A stretch of DNA of 64,000 nucleotides from Lama glama. Its lineage: Eukaryota. The stretch covers positions 21,206,001-21,270,000 of the forward strand of contig CM052816.1 in the NCBI GenBank assembly GCA_028534125.1, written 5' to 3'. Under the pieces are notes generated by a model, which did no database searches, was not told the DNA's origin, and was given only the letters and a program-made list of their open reading frames with translations. Both the position numbers and the translations under genes were made by a program. Positions 24,636 through 36,500 of the stretch are shown here, in pieces. The number at the start of each line of letters is the position of its first letter. Positions within the stretch are counted from its first letter, which is position 1.

Positions 24636-24755
24636 CTAACTTTTCTTGCTCCAGTTGAAACTTCTGTAGTGAAAAACGTTCCTTGAGTGTTGGAGCAGGG
24701 TTTTTATGAACTGGGTCACTTCGATTTTGGTGTCTCGGACGTGTTCGCTGGAAAC
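24636..24755 (-). CDS. IL13: Interleukin-13 exon 4 (VSSEHVRDTKIEVTQFIKTLLQHSRNVFHYRSFNWSKKS*)
   Basis: Acceptor ctctctgtcctgctgcag. Contains the VRDTKIEV motif. TAG at 24636-24638; 120 nt. Confidence 0.95.
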   Translation of the reverse strand, partial: VSSEHVRDTKIEVTQFIKTLLQHSRNVFHYRSFNWSKKS

Positions 24756-25081
24756 CTGCAGCAGGACAGAGAGACTGGTGCGTTGGTGGGGACGTGAGAG
24801 CCAGGACGGCCAGCATCCGCCAGGGGCTTTCCTGGGGCCGCTGGTTCAGTCCTCATAAAAGCCTCCATGAGATGGGTGCTGTTGTTATGCACATTTTATA
24901 GATGTGGAACTGAAGCTCAGGGAGGAGTCTTGGAAATCCCAAAGACACGTCCCTGCTTCCACAGTGCGCTTACCCCTGGGTGGACACATGCCTCAGATGC
25001 TCAGCTGGGTTCCCATGAAGCTCCCAGTGTGAGCCCAGGGCTGACAGAAGTGTGTGCAGGGTTGGGACTGGGGGGTTTTAC

Positions 25082-25186
25082 CTTGGCTGAGAGCTTGTGA
25101 GGACAGAGGGCATTCAGCATCCTCTGGGTCCTCTGGATGACACTGCAGTTGGTGATGTTGATCAGGGATTCCCGGGCTGCACAGTA
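25082..25186 (-). CDS. IL13: Interleukin-13 exon 3 (YCAARESLINITNCSVIQRTQRMLNALCPHKLSAK)
   Basis: Acceptor ctctccgcag and donor gtaaaa. 105 nt. Confidence 0.97.
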
Positions 25187-25429
25187 CTGCGGAGAGGAGA
25201 ACACTGGGGAGTCAGGTGGCACCTATAGCGAGTTTGCGGGAGGAGCAGGGCTAAGGGGCGTGGTGGAGGTGCGTCTGGGTGGTGGAAGGAGCCCAGATTA
25301 TGAAGGAGCAGAGAGTGGTTCTTGAAGCTTGCTTAGAACCCATGCTTAAGCCGTGTGAGCCATGCTCAGGGAAGACAAGCCAAGGATTACGGCCTCAGCC
25401 ACCTCCCCGCCAGCATCCAGGGTCCTCAC

Positions 25430-25483
25430 CATGCTGGTCGTCAGGTTGATGCTCCATACCATGCTGCCGTTGCACAGGGGTGC
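25430..25483 (-). CDS. IL13: Interleukin-13 exon 2 (APLCNGSMVWSINLTTSM)
   Basis: Acceptor ctccctcag and donor gtgagg. 54 nt. Contains the PLCNGSMVWS hallmark. Confidence 0.97.
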
Positions 25484-26540
25484 CTGAGGGAGCAAAGAAC
25501 AGTGAGCCGAGTGCTGGCAGGATCCCAGGCCTGCCCAGCGAGGCCAGATCTCCACAGGGATCAGGCCCCACAAGCAGAGGTAGGCCTGGGACCTCCAATG
25601 TTCTTGAGCTTCATTTCCTGCTCTGCACATTGGGAGAGACCCATTGTACAGAGTCTTGAAGCTGACAGAGGAAAACTGAGTGGCGCAGCCAGTAAGGGAC
25701 AAGCCTTGTGTGAAGCTTGCCACAGCAGAGGCTAGAGGACCTATGACAATGACACCAGGACATCAATAGGGGGCCTACAGGGAGGGGCCAGGGCAGTGTT
25801 AGGTGAGGGAGGAGGTGGCCAGGTCAATCAGATGGGAGGCAGTGAGGGTCTAGTATATCAAACATCCTGCTTTCTGAACTGGGGTCCACTGCAATTTGGA
25901 GTATGGGCACTCTGGTGTCAGCCAGTAATGGTACTGGCTTGAATCTGACTTTTGTCAGTTAACCTCACTGAAGCTTAGTCAGTAAAACTGGGATATCGTA
26001 TCTTCCTCTTAAGGTGGTTAGCAGTGATGAAATGAGATGTAAAGTCCCAGCAATGGGCTTGGTACATTATCAGTGCGCAAAAGTGTGAGCCATCATCACT
26101 GGGGAGAGGAGCTGACTCTACTAATGAATCCTTTTGTAAGGATGGGCATAACTAAGATGCTGTGAATAACGGCCTCATAATTGCATTCAAATCCAGTTAG
26201 CAAATGCCAAATAGTTCCAGGAGGGTGCCAGCCCTTCTCTGCTTTCTTCTGTTCAGAGCGGCTGTGTGGGAGCTGGCCAGGCCAGGCCAGGGGAGCAGAT
26301 GGTCCCTAGAGGCTCTGCCCAGTCTCTGCGTGCATCCATCTGTACTGCTGCACCCCTGAGCCTGTCTCCTCTCCCTCATGGCCAGGCCTGTCCTCTAGTC
26401 CATGGGGCTTCTTCCTGACTCACAGGCATCTTATTAAGATCAGGCCCAACCTTCCTGGCCCAGACCATGACCAGTACCCTTCCCGAGAGTGGTGCAGCCT
26501 TGCATCCTCAGAGCTGGGATCCTGGTCAGCAGGCACTCAC

Positions 26541-26672
26541 CTTCTGGTTCTGGGTAATGTTGACCAGTTCTTCAATCAGCTCCTTGAGGGCTTTAGGGGA
26601 AGGCGTAGGGACCGGGGAGGCGAGGCCGCCAATGCAGGTGAAAGCAATGACCACGGTCATCCAGAGCGCCAT
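26541..26672 (-). CDS. IL13: Interleukin-13 exon 1 (MALWMTVVIAFTCIGGLASPVPTPSPKALKELIEELVNITQNQK)
   Basis: ATG at 26670-26672 in tccATGG context. LKELIEELVNITQNQK motif. Donor gtgagt at 26535-26540. Joined CDS is 136 aa. Confidence 0.97.
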
Positions 26673-26739
26673 GGAGCCTGGAGCCAGTACACGAGGAGCG
26701 AGGAGCAGACGTGTAGGCTGGCTTGAGCTGAGCAGCTTG

Positions 26740-26900
26740 TGGCCTTGGCCTCTTGTGGCAGCTTTTATAGGCCCAAGTGGTGACGCCTCATACCGTGGTC
26801 TCTGCTTTGTCGGGCACTATCTAGAAACCACATCTTTACTCATCTTGATTTTACTTTGTGGAAAATCCAGCATCACATAAAGGAAAGCATCTGATTTCTT
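26740..26900 (-). promoter_or_regulatory. IL13: IL13 proximal promoter
   Basis: TATAAAA at 26763-26769 (minus); CRE half-site TGACG 26781-26785; GATA AGATAG 26817-26822 plus GAT-repeat catcttgatt; NFAT TGGAAAA 26859-26865. Confidence 0.85.
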
Positions 26901-28269
26901 GTGGACTTATTACTGAGGGGTTTGGGGCAGTTTCCAAGATCTGGATGAGCTCACTTCAGGAGTAGGTGAGAGGGCCCTTAGGGCACACTGGTGTCAGCCG
27001 TGCCAGCTGGAACTCTAGCGCTTTTGCTTGGTCTCCACCCTGAGTGCCCACCCAGCTCCTGACATGAGACCCTTCTGGGTCACCAGAAATGCTGGGCAGA
27101 CAGTGCTATGACCACAGTCTATCAGATGTGGGAATCCAGGGGTTTTATTATTATTTTCTTTTTTTTTTCAGTGAACTGGTCTCTTACATTACCAAAGCAA
27201 TGGTTGCTTTAGATACAAAATTCAAACAGGATAAAAGGAGAAAAGCAAAGTTCACTTCTCTTGGCCCACCTGATTCCCTGTTAGCCCCATGGTGGGAAGG
27301 ATTGTAGTTCAGATTTCCAGCTCTCCCCGTTGAAAGCTTCAGTCAGATTCAAGGATCCTCCTGGGACCTTTCCTTTGAAAAGTTGCTTTGATGATAATTT
27401 TGAGCGTGGGCAGCCTGGTCACTGGATGCCCCACCCAGGCCTTCAGAGCAGGCCTATCCTGCTGGGATTCCCTCAGTGGGCCAGGCTGGCAAGAGGCGGA
27501 TCCAGCCTTAGCCCTGGAGAGTAACTGTTCTTACTGCCACTGAGACCTGGCGTGACCACTTCTGTACACCAGTACCTGTGAGACCAACCTCTGCCCTCTG
27601 ATGGCTTCAAGTTTGGAGATCGAAGGCTGTGGAGGGCAACTCCTGGGCCTGCTCCGACTCCAGAGTCCCCTGTGGGCAGCCCACCCCCTGCACGGACTGG
27701 CATGTGGCCGTTTCCCTGCTTTTCCTCATTTCTCAAGAAGTCCTCCAGAAACCCGCGCAACAGAGGCTGCAGCATATGCCTATTGGATGCTGATGTCAAG
27801 CTCCCTCCCTCGCCCACTTTCTCCCCAAGCCAGAGCCTTCCCTACGACCCCCTCTCTCTGCCTGCTCAGGCTTCCTCTGTCCTGCTTCACTGGGGCTCAG
27901 CCTCCTCACAACGGTCTTCCAAGGGACGCTGGAGCTGTCGTTCCTGCTCAGAAGCCTCTTGGCCTTGCTCACCCTCTTCTGTCACCTGTAGCAGGATTCC
28001 CACCCTCTCTTCTCTCCCAGCCCTAAGCTTCCCAGCGTAATTTCAGACCGTGAGGGCTGAAAGCCAGGCTCTGCCCCTTGTGGCTCCCCAGTGTCTGGAG
28101 TGCTGCCACCTGCTTGTGTGACCCATACATGGGCCTGTTTCTTCATCCGTTGAATAGTCAGTAGCATCTCCTGTGGGTTCTCTGTGTTGGGGGAAGGAGT
28201 GGGGAATCACCGAGGGCTGCGCCAAGATGAGTGGAACGGCCCCCTCTCTAGAACTGGCAACACCCTGCT

Positions 28270-29060
28270 GGGAGCGGTGGGCAGGCGCCCCGCGCGTGGG
28301 AGAGGGCTGGCGTTCGCAGCGATGCCCGGGAGAGATACAGCGCCGCATTATGTAATGGGAGATGTGGCTGATAAACGGGATCTGCGCAGCCCGTCCCCCT
28401 CGGCGGCAGCATGCGTTGGCTGGTGCCTGAGGGAGGGGTGAGAGTTCAGACCCGCTTCTCCGCTCCGCCGAGCTGTGGAGCGCCTGCCGCAGCCCCCTGC
28501 TCTAGTCCGCGCGGGTCGAATGCTGTCCAAGCGCCAGGCAGGGCCGCGGTGTGCCTGTGCGCAACAGCAAGGGGATGGGCGCACGATCCTGCGGGGGATG
28601 CGGCCAAGCTGTCCACCCCTCCTCCTGCGCCGTAGGGGCTGCGTCGTGTCCTCACCCCCGGAGGAGCCCCCGCGGGCTATGTTAGCTAGTTTCTTCTTTT
28701 CAGGGGGCCTCGGTTCACATCCCGGAATACTGCAGTCAACACAGGCTAGAAAAGGGCTGCACCGGGCACTTGACGCACGTGGCTTGCAACTCTCTACCAG
28801 CGGCGGCGGCGTTGGTCCCTGCCCTCACATCCTGGTCTTAAGGTGCGGAACCCTGCGCTCAGCGCCTCCGAGGAGCCTGCCAGGGATTCGAGGCCAGGGC
28901 TAGAGGAGGGGGAGTCACCTTGCCCTCGCCACGAATCGGACCGCTGGGGTTGGGGCCACTCTTCCTTGCTACCAGCCCGCCCTGCGCGAAGTTTCGGAAA
29001 ACTTCCTTTCCAATTTTCTCCCCCCGACTTTGGCTGTCCGTTGGAAAGGAGATGCCCAGT
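28270..29060. promoter_or_regulatory. CpG island
   Basis: Visibly high GC and CpG density (ccccgcgcgtggg, ccgcgcgggtcg, cggcggcggcg) against a CpG-poor background. Confidence 0.8.
28315..28390. promoter_or_regulatory. CGRE (conserved GATA3 response element) upstream of IL13
   Basis: ~1.6 kb upstream of IL13. Cluster of GAT(A/G) motifs incl. AGATAC 28333-28338 and TGATAA 28369-28374, and ATTATGTAAT 28347-28356, at the edge of a CpG island. Confidence 0.7.
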
Positions 29061-32000
29061 CAGTAGGAGTAAGGGTTAGGCGAGTTGTTTAAATAACGTA
29101 AAGTATCTGATTTGCTAAATTTTCATTTTATGAAAGTTATACGTGCATGTAATTTTTAAAAATCAAATAATTTGAGGTTGATTATGAAAAACAGCAGTTT
29201 TAAGTCACTTATGTTGGTCAGCACGTCTTGTGAGTGAGGCACTGACTGGCCTACTTTGTTCACTCCAATCTTTTTAGGAATGTCTGCATAGCAAATAACC
29301 TTGGCAGAGATAGCATCTTCCTCTAAGCAAAAGGCGGGCAGACTTAACTGTCCATTATTAGCATAATAACCGTTCCCTAAACTCAGGCTTCCTCTCCTGT
29401 AATGCAGCCACTGCATGTACAGGTGTCATCTGGCTCTCTTCGCATCACTCTGTGAGAAATGGGGTTCAAGGAACCAGATAAAAGGTAATACTTCCACACT
29501 AGTGCTGTGTCTAACAAACTGTTCTTTGTCTCTGATCCGGGAGTCTTGCATCTTCTGCCAGCCTCCCCCAAACTCATTAGCATGCAAGTGGGATAAAATC
29601 TGAGAGCCCTCAGTTGTTGAAAAGCAGCTCCTCATCCCTACTTCCTTGGCCTCTTCCCAGGAGGAATCATGACCTTAACTGTTTCTTTTTGGTATTTAAC
29701 TTCTCCATGTTTCTAGATTTCTTGATTTTCAGACACAGGCCTTATCTGTGGTCTATGATGAAAATTTAATCCTTTCTCCTCCTTGCTGTCTTTCTTACAC
29801 TTGCATCTTTCCTTTTTTCTCATCCTACCAATATGCACAAATCATCATTTGGGTCAGTCAAAAGCCTTATTTACTGTTTACATAATTATGCTATTATATT
29901 CTTAGCTGAAACAAGTGGTTAACTAAGATTAATTTTCCCTCAAAACTTTGTTTCCTCTGGAGTTAATAATTGTCTTGTTTTCCCATTTGCTTAGTTTTCT
30001 ATATTCCTCTCAGTGATTTAACCCTAAATTCTCAGCCACTTATATAAATCATCTTTCAACAGATTTGGGTAAATCAGTTGTTCTGACAATTTTGTCTTCC
30101 CAAGAAAGTCTCCCATAGTGCCTGCTGACCTGCTCTGACATGGACAGCTACCTTCTGACAGCTTCAATACAGCTGTCATGCTTAGGTCTCCTGTCATCCT
30201 GCCCCGGGAATTCCCTTTGCCTCTCTCCTGGGTGGCTCTCCTGTTTCTTGCATCCCAGGTCTTCCTCTTTCTCCGGGGAAACACATTTATATAAACACAG
30301 AATTTTAGGCAGGAAATAATTTCTCTTCAGAATTTGGACTACTGTGTGATTGCCTCTAATCTTTCATTATTGCTGTTCAGAAGTCCAAAAGAATTTTGAC
30401 TCCAGATCTTTTCTAACTCTATCTCTGCAAATTTGTAGCAAATTTTCTTGGGTTCCCATGCTTCAAATTTTATAATGGTGTTCCTTGGTGTATTTTTGTT
30501 TTCATCTACAATGCCAGATACACAATGGACTCTTTCAAACAAACATGTCACTAAGTTTTGGGAAATTTTCTGTCTTTAAAAAATTTTTAAATTTCTGTTA
30601 TTTTACTTATTTCATTAAAAATTTTTGTAAAGCCATTGCTTTTTTAAAAGATAGTTTTTTAAAAAAAGAGCAGTTTTAGATTCATAGCAAAATTGAGCAG
30701 AAAGTACAGAGTATCCAGATACTCCCTACCCCTACACCTACCCAGCCTCCCCCAAATTCAACATCCTTCTTTTGAGTAAGACATTTGTTACAACTGGTGA
30801 GCCTACACTGGCACATCATTATCACCCAGAGTCCATAGTTTATCTTAGGGTTCACTCTTGGTGTTGTACATTCTGTGGGTTTTAACAAATGTGTAATGTC
30901 ATGTATTCACTGCTATAGAGTCATACAGAGTTGTTTAATTGCCCTAAACATCCTCTGTGCTCCACCTGCTATCATCCTATCTTTACTCCTTCCCCTTGGC
31001 ACTCTCTGATATTTTTACTGTTTCCATAAGTTTGCCTTTTCCAGAATGTCATATAATTGGAATCATACATTATGTAGCCTTTTCAAATTGGATTCTTTCA
31101 CTTAGTAATATGCATTTATAGCTCCTCCATGTCTTTTCACGGCTTGACAGCTCATTTCTTTTTAGCACTGAATAATATTCTATTGTCTGTATGTATCAAG
31201 TTTACTTATCCTTTCACCTACAGAAGGACATCTTGGTTTCATTCAGGTTTGGCAATAATGAATAAAGTTGCTATAAACATCCACATGCAAGCTTTTGTGT
31301 GAACATAAGTTTTTAGTTTATTTGCATAAATACCAAGGAATGCAGTGGCTGGATCATATGGTTAGAGTGTGTCTAGTTACATAGGAAATTGTCAAAGTGT
31401 CTTCCAAAGTGGCTATTCCATTTTGCATTCTCACCAGCTGTGAATGACTTTCCATTGCCTCATATTCTCATGAGAATTTGGTGTTGTCAGTATTTTGGAT
31501 TTTGACCATTCTAGTAGGCAGGTGATGGTATTTCATTTTTGTTTTCATTTTCGGTTCCCTGATGGCATATGATGTGGAGCATCTTTTCCTATGCTTACAT
31601 GCCATCTGTATATCTTCTTGGGTGAAGTATCTATTAAGGTCATTGGACCTTTTTAAAATTGGGTTGTTTTCTTATTGGTGACAGACCTTTGTCTGACTTT
31701 TCTGGAGATATTTTGTCCCAGTCTGTGGCTTGTCTTTATTCTCTTGACAGTGTCTTTTGCACAGCAGAAATTTTTAATTTTAATAAAGGCCTGTTTATTA
31801 TTTCTTTCATGGATCATGCCTCTCTGCATGCCTCTGGTGTTGCTTGTAAAAAGTCATCACCAAACCCAAAGTCATCTAAATTTTCTCCTATGTTATCTTC
31901 TAGCAGTTTTATAGCTTTGTGTTTCACATTCAGGTCAGTGATCCATTTTGAGTTAATTTTTGTGAAGGATGTAATGTCTGCGTATATATATATATTTTTG

Positions 32001-32634
32001 CCTGTGGATGCCCAGTTCCAGTGATGTTTGCTAAAAAGATTATCTTTTGCTTTGTTCCTTTGTCAAAGATTAGTTGACAGTATTTATATGGATCTATTTC
32101 TGGGCTCTCCGTTCTGTTCCACTGATCTATTTGTCTATTCTTTTGCTAATACCACACTGATTATTGTAGCTTTATAGTAAGTCTTGATATTGGGTAGTAT
32201 CAGTCCTACAGCTTTGTTTGTCTTCAATATTCCAGATCTTTTGCCTCTCCGTATAAATTTTATAATCAGTTTGTTCATATCTACAAAATAACTTGTTGGG
32301 ATTTTGATTGGGATTACTTCAATCTATATATCAAGTTGGGAAGAACTGACACCTTGAGAACATTGAGTTTTCCTATCCACAAACATGAACTATCTCTCCA
32401 TTTATTTAGTTTTTTGATTTCTCTCATCAGAATTTTGTAGTTTTCCTCATATGGATCTCATACATATTTTGTTAGATTTATGCCTAAGTATTTTATTTTG
32501 GGTCTGCTAATATGAATAGTATTTCAAATTTCACTTGTTCATTATTGATATGTGGGAAAGTGATCTACTGACTTTTTGTATTAAGTTTGTATCCTGCAGC
32601 CCTGCTATAATCGCTTATTAGGTCCAGGAGTTTT

Positions 32635-32782
32635 TTTTATTTTTTGTTTGATTGAAGTACAGTCAGTTACAACGTGTCAATTTCTGATGTACAGCACAAT
32701 ATCCCAGTCATGCATATACATACATATATTTGTTTTTGTATTCATTTCGTATTCATAGTATATGTGCTGCCAAAGCAAGCAC
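32635..32782 (-). pseudogene. U6 snRNA (5' 27 nt)/L1 3'-end chimeric retrocopy
   Basis: Minus strand 32782-32756 reads GTGCTTGCTTTGGCAGCACATATACTA (U6 5' end with two CpG-type changes). It is followed by ~120 nt of L1 3' end and an A-tail. TSD aggtccaggagtttt / agtttcaggagtttt at 32620-32634 and 32783-32797. Confidence 0.85.
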
Positions 32783-33574
32783 AGTTTCAGGAGTTTTGAT
32801 CATGTCATCAGCGAACAAAGATAATTTTATTTCTTCTTTCCTTATCTTTATACTTTTAATTTTCTTTTCTTGTCTTATTGCATTAGCTAGGACTTCCAGT
32901 ATGATATTGAAAAGCAGTGGTGAGTGGAAATATCCTTACCTTGTTACCGTTCTTGTGGGAAAGCTTCAAGTTTGTCACCATGAAGCATGATGTCAGCTAT
33001 AGGTTTTTATAGCTATCAAGCTGAAGAAGCTCCCCTGTATTCATATTTTACTGAGAGTTTTCATTATGAATGGGTGATGGGTTTTGTCAAATGCTTTTTC
33101 TGTATCTATTGAAAAAATGAATATGATCATGTGATTTTTCTTCTTTAGCCTGTTGATGTGATGGATTACATTAATTGATTTTTGAATATTGAACCAGCTT
33201 TGCATATCTGGAATAAATCCCTCTTAGTCATGCTATATAATTCTTTTCATACATTGTTGGATTCAATTTGCTAATATTTTGTTGAGGATTTTTGCATCTA
33301 TGTTCATGAGAGATACGGATCTGTAGTTTTCTTTTCTTGTGGTGTCCTTGTCTTTTTTGGTATTAGGGTAATGCTGGCCTCGTAGAATGAGCTAGGAAGT
33401 GTCCTCTCTACTTCTATATTCTGAAATATATTGTAGAAAATTGTTATAGTTTCTTCCTCAAATGTTTGATAGAATTTATGAGTATACCCATCTGAACCTG
33501 GTGCTTTCTGCTTTGGGAGGTTATTAATTATTATTCAATTTCTATAATAGATATAGGACTATTCAGATTGCCTC

Positions 33575-36500
33575 TTTCTTTTTGTTGTTGTTGTTAATAG
33601 ACTATTTTTTTAAGAGCAGTTTCAGGTTCACAGCAGAACTCAGCAGAAAATAGAGTTTACACATAGCCCTCCCCACCCACTTATTTATACTCCCCTACCC
33701 TCAACATCCCTCATCAGTGTGGCATATTTGGTACAATAGATGAACCAACATGGACACATTATTATCATCCAAAGTCCATAGTTTACATTAGGGTTTACTC
33801 TTAATGTTGTACATTCTATGGGTTTTGACAAATGCGTAATGAATGTAGCCACCACTATAGTATCCTACAGAATAATTTCATTGCCCTAAAAATCCCTTGT
33901 GCCCCATCTATTCATTCCTTCCTCCCTCCCTCTCCCAAGCCCCTGGAAACAACAATCTTTTTATTGTTTTGTGGCTTTGCCTTTTCCAGAGTGTCATTTG
34001 GTTGGAATCATACAGTTTGTAGCCTTTTCAGACTGGCTTCTTTCATTTAGTGATGTCTTTTTAAGTTTCTTCTATGTCTTTGATGGCTTGATAGATCATT
34101 TTTTTTACTGCACATATATTTTTAAATTTACGTATATGTTCTGTTCATTGTTTCTAAGAACGTTTAGAGCTTTAGCTTTTTAAACTTGCATAGTTATCAA
34201 AGGAATAAAGCCAACCACAAAATAAAAATTAACTCAAAAAGATACATACACCCTGCTATTAACAGCAACATTATTTATAATTGCCAAGATTTGGAAGCAT
34301 CCTAAGTGCACATCAATTGTTGAATAGATAATGGAGATGTAGCATATATATACATGTGTGTGTGTGTGTATACACACACACATGTATATATATGTAATGG
34401 AATACAACTCACCCATAAAAAGGATATTTTGCCATTTCTAACCCTTCGTTCACTTTTTTTCACTTAAAAAACCAGAATTTTATAACTGGCAGAGACATTT
34501 CCATTACATCAAAAACAACAAAACACCTAGAAATAAACTTAACCAAGGAGATTACCTATACTCTGAAAACTGAAATGACACAAAGAAATGGAAAGATTGG
34601 AAGAATCAACACTATCAAAATGGCCACACTCCCCAAAGCAATCCACAGATCCAATGCAACCCCCATCAAAATACTTGTGACATTCCTCACAGAACTAGAA
34701 CAATTCCAAAATTTATAAGGAACCACAAAAGACCCAGAAAAGCCAAAGAAACCTTTTGTAGGTCTCTCTCTCTCTCTCTTTTTTTTTTTTTGCTCTTTCT
34801 TCTTTTTGTTCTTTTTTCTTATGGTTTGATGACTAGAGAAGATCTTTTAACATTTGTTGTAAAGCTGGGTTGGTGGTGCTGAAACCTTTCAGCTTTTGTT
34901 TATCTGTGATACTTTTGATTTCTCCATCAAGTCTGAACGAGAGCCTTGCTGGATAGAGTATTCTTGGTCGTAAGTTTCCCCCTTGCATCACTTTAAATAT
35001 ATCGTGCCACTCCCTTCTGGCTTGTAGAGTTTCTGCTGAAAAATCAGCTGATAACCTTATGAGTGTTCCCTTGTATGTTACTTGTTGCTTTTCTCTTGCT
35101 AATTTTAATATTTTCTCCTTATCCTTAATTATTGTCAATTTGATGACTATGTGCCTTGGTGTGTTCCTCTTTGGGTTGATCCTGTGTGGTACTCTCTGCA
35201 CCTCCCAAGTTGAGGACGTTTTCGGTTATCTCTCCAAAAATTTTCTCAGGTCTTTTCTGTCTCTCTTCTCTTTCTGGGACCCCTATAATGCGAATATTAG
35301 AGTGCTTCATATTGTCCCAGAGTTCTTTTAAACTATCCTCATTCCTTTTTATTCTTTTTTCTGTTCTGAAGTAATGATTTCCACTAATCTGTCTTCTAGC
35401 TCACTGATCCATTCTTCTGCCCCATTTAGTCTATTCTTGGTTCCTTCTAGTGTATTGTTCATTTCAATGATTTTATTCTTCAACTCTGTTTGAATATTCT
35501 TTATATTTTCCAACTCTTTGCTAAAAACTTCGCTCTGTGCATCTATACTCTTCTTGAGTTCTCTGAACATCTTGGCCAGCATTACTTTAAACTCTTTCTC
35601 AGATAAATTGCCTATCTCCTCATCACTTATTTCTTCTTCTGGGATTTTATCTTACACCTTGGCCTGAAAGATATTCCTTTGCCACCTCATAGTGTCTATC
35701 TTTCTATGTGTTTGGGTTCCTTCCACAGGCTTTGGGATTATTATTTTCTTTTTTCTAGTATCTTCCCCTGATGGATGAGGCTGGACTAGAGGCTTATGCA
35801 GGATTCCTGGCAGGAGGAGCCAGTGTCTGCCCACTGCTGGGTGAAGCTTGGTCCTGGACCTCTGGTGGGTAGGGCTGTGTCCAGAGGCCTTTGTGGCTTA
35901 GGAAGTCTGCTGATGGATATGGCTGTGTTCCCACCCTGTATGTTGTTTGGCCTGACGCTTCCCTGCAGGCTGTTGGGTGGGTCTGGGTCTTGGTGCTAAT
36001 GATCCAGTCAAGATGTCAGCCTCCAGGAAAGCTCATGTAGATTAACACTTCTGGAATAACACTCCTGAAATACCAGCTTTTATGTCCCCTGAGTGAGCCG
36101 CAGCCGTCCCCCACCTCCCCAGGAGATCCTCCAAATCCAGCAGACAGGTCTGGCCCAGGTTCCTATGAAATCACTGCCTCTGCCCTTGGACCTGGTGCAT
36201 GTGAGTTTCCATGTGTGCTTCCCAAGTGAATAGAGTCTCCGTTTTCCCCAGTCCTGTGGGGCTCCCAGAGCCAAGCCCTTCTGGCCTTCAAAACCTGATG
36301 TCCTGGGGTCTCCTTCTCTTCCCAATGCCAGGACCTGAGATAGGGACCCTGAGGTGGGGCTCAGAACTCTCACTCCTGTGTGAGGGCCTCTGTCACTTAA
36401 CAAATCTTCAGCTTATGGGTCGCCCACCCTGTGGGTATGGGGCCCAGTTATATTGTGAGCACGCCCCTCCTACCATCCTGCTGTGGTTCCCTCTTTATGT

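Noticed and set aside
26467..26880. 137-aa plus-strand ORF over IL13 exon 1
   Set aside because: It is the antisense shadow of a GC-rich exon and promoter, with no recognisable protein features.
27473..29079. Cluster of overlapping ORFs in the CpG island
   Set aside because: Expected from stop-codon scarcity in GC-rich DNA; no homology or splice structure recognised.
32756..32782. Functional U6 snRNA gene
   Set aside because: Only 27 nt, mutated, embedded in L1 with a TSD, and lacking upstream PSE/TATA.
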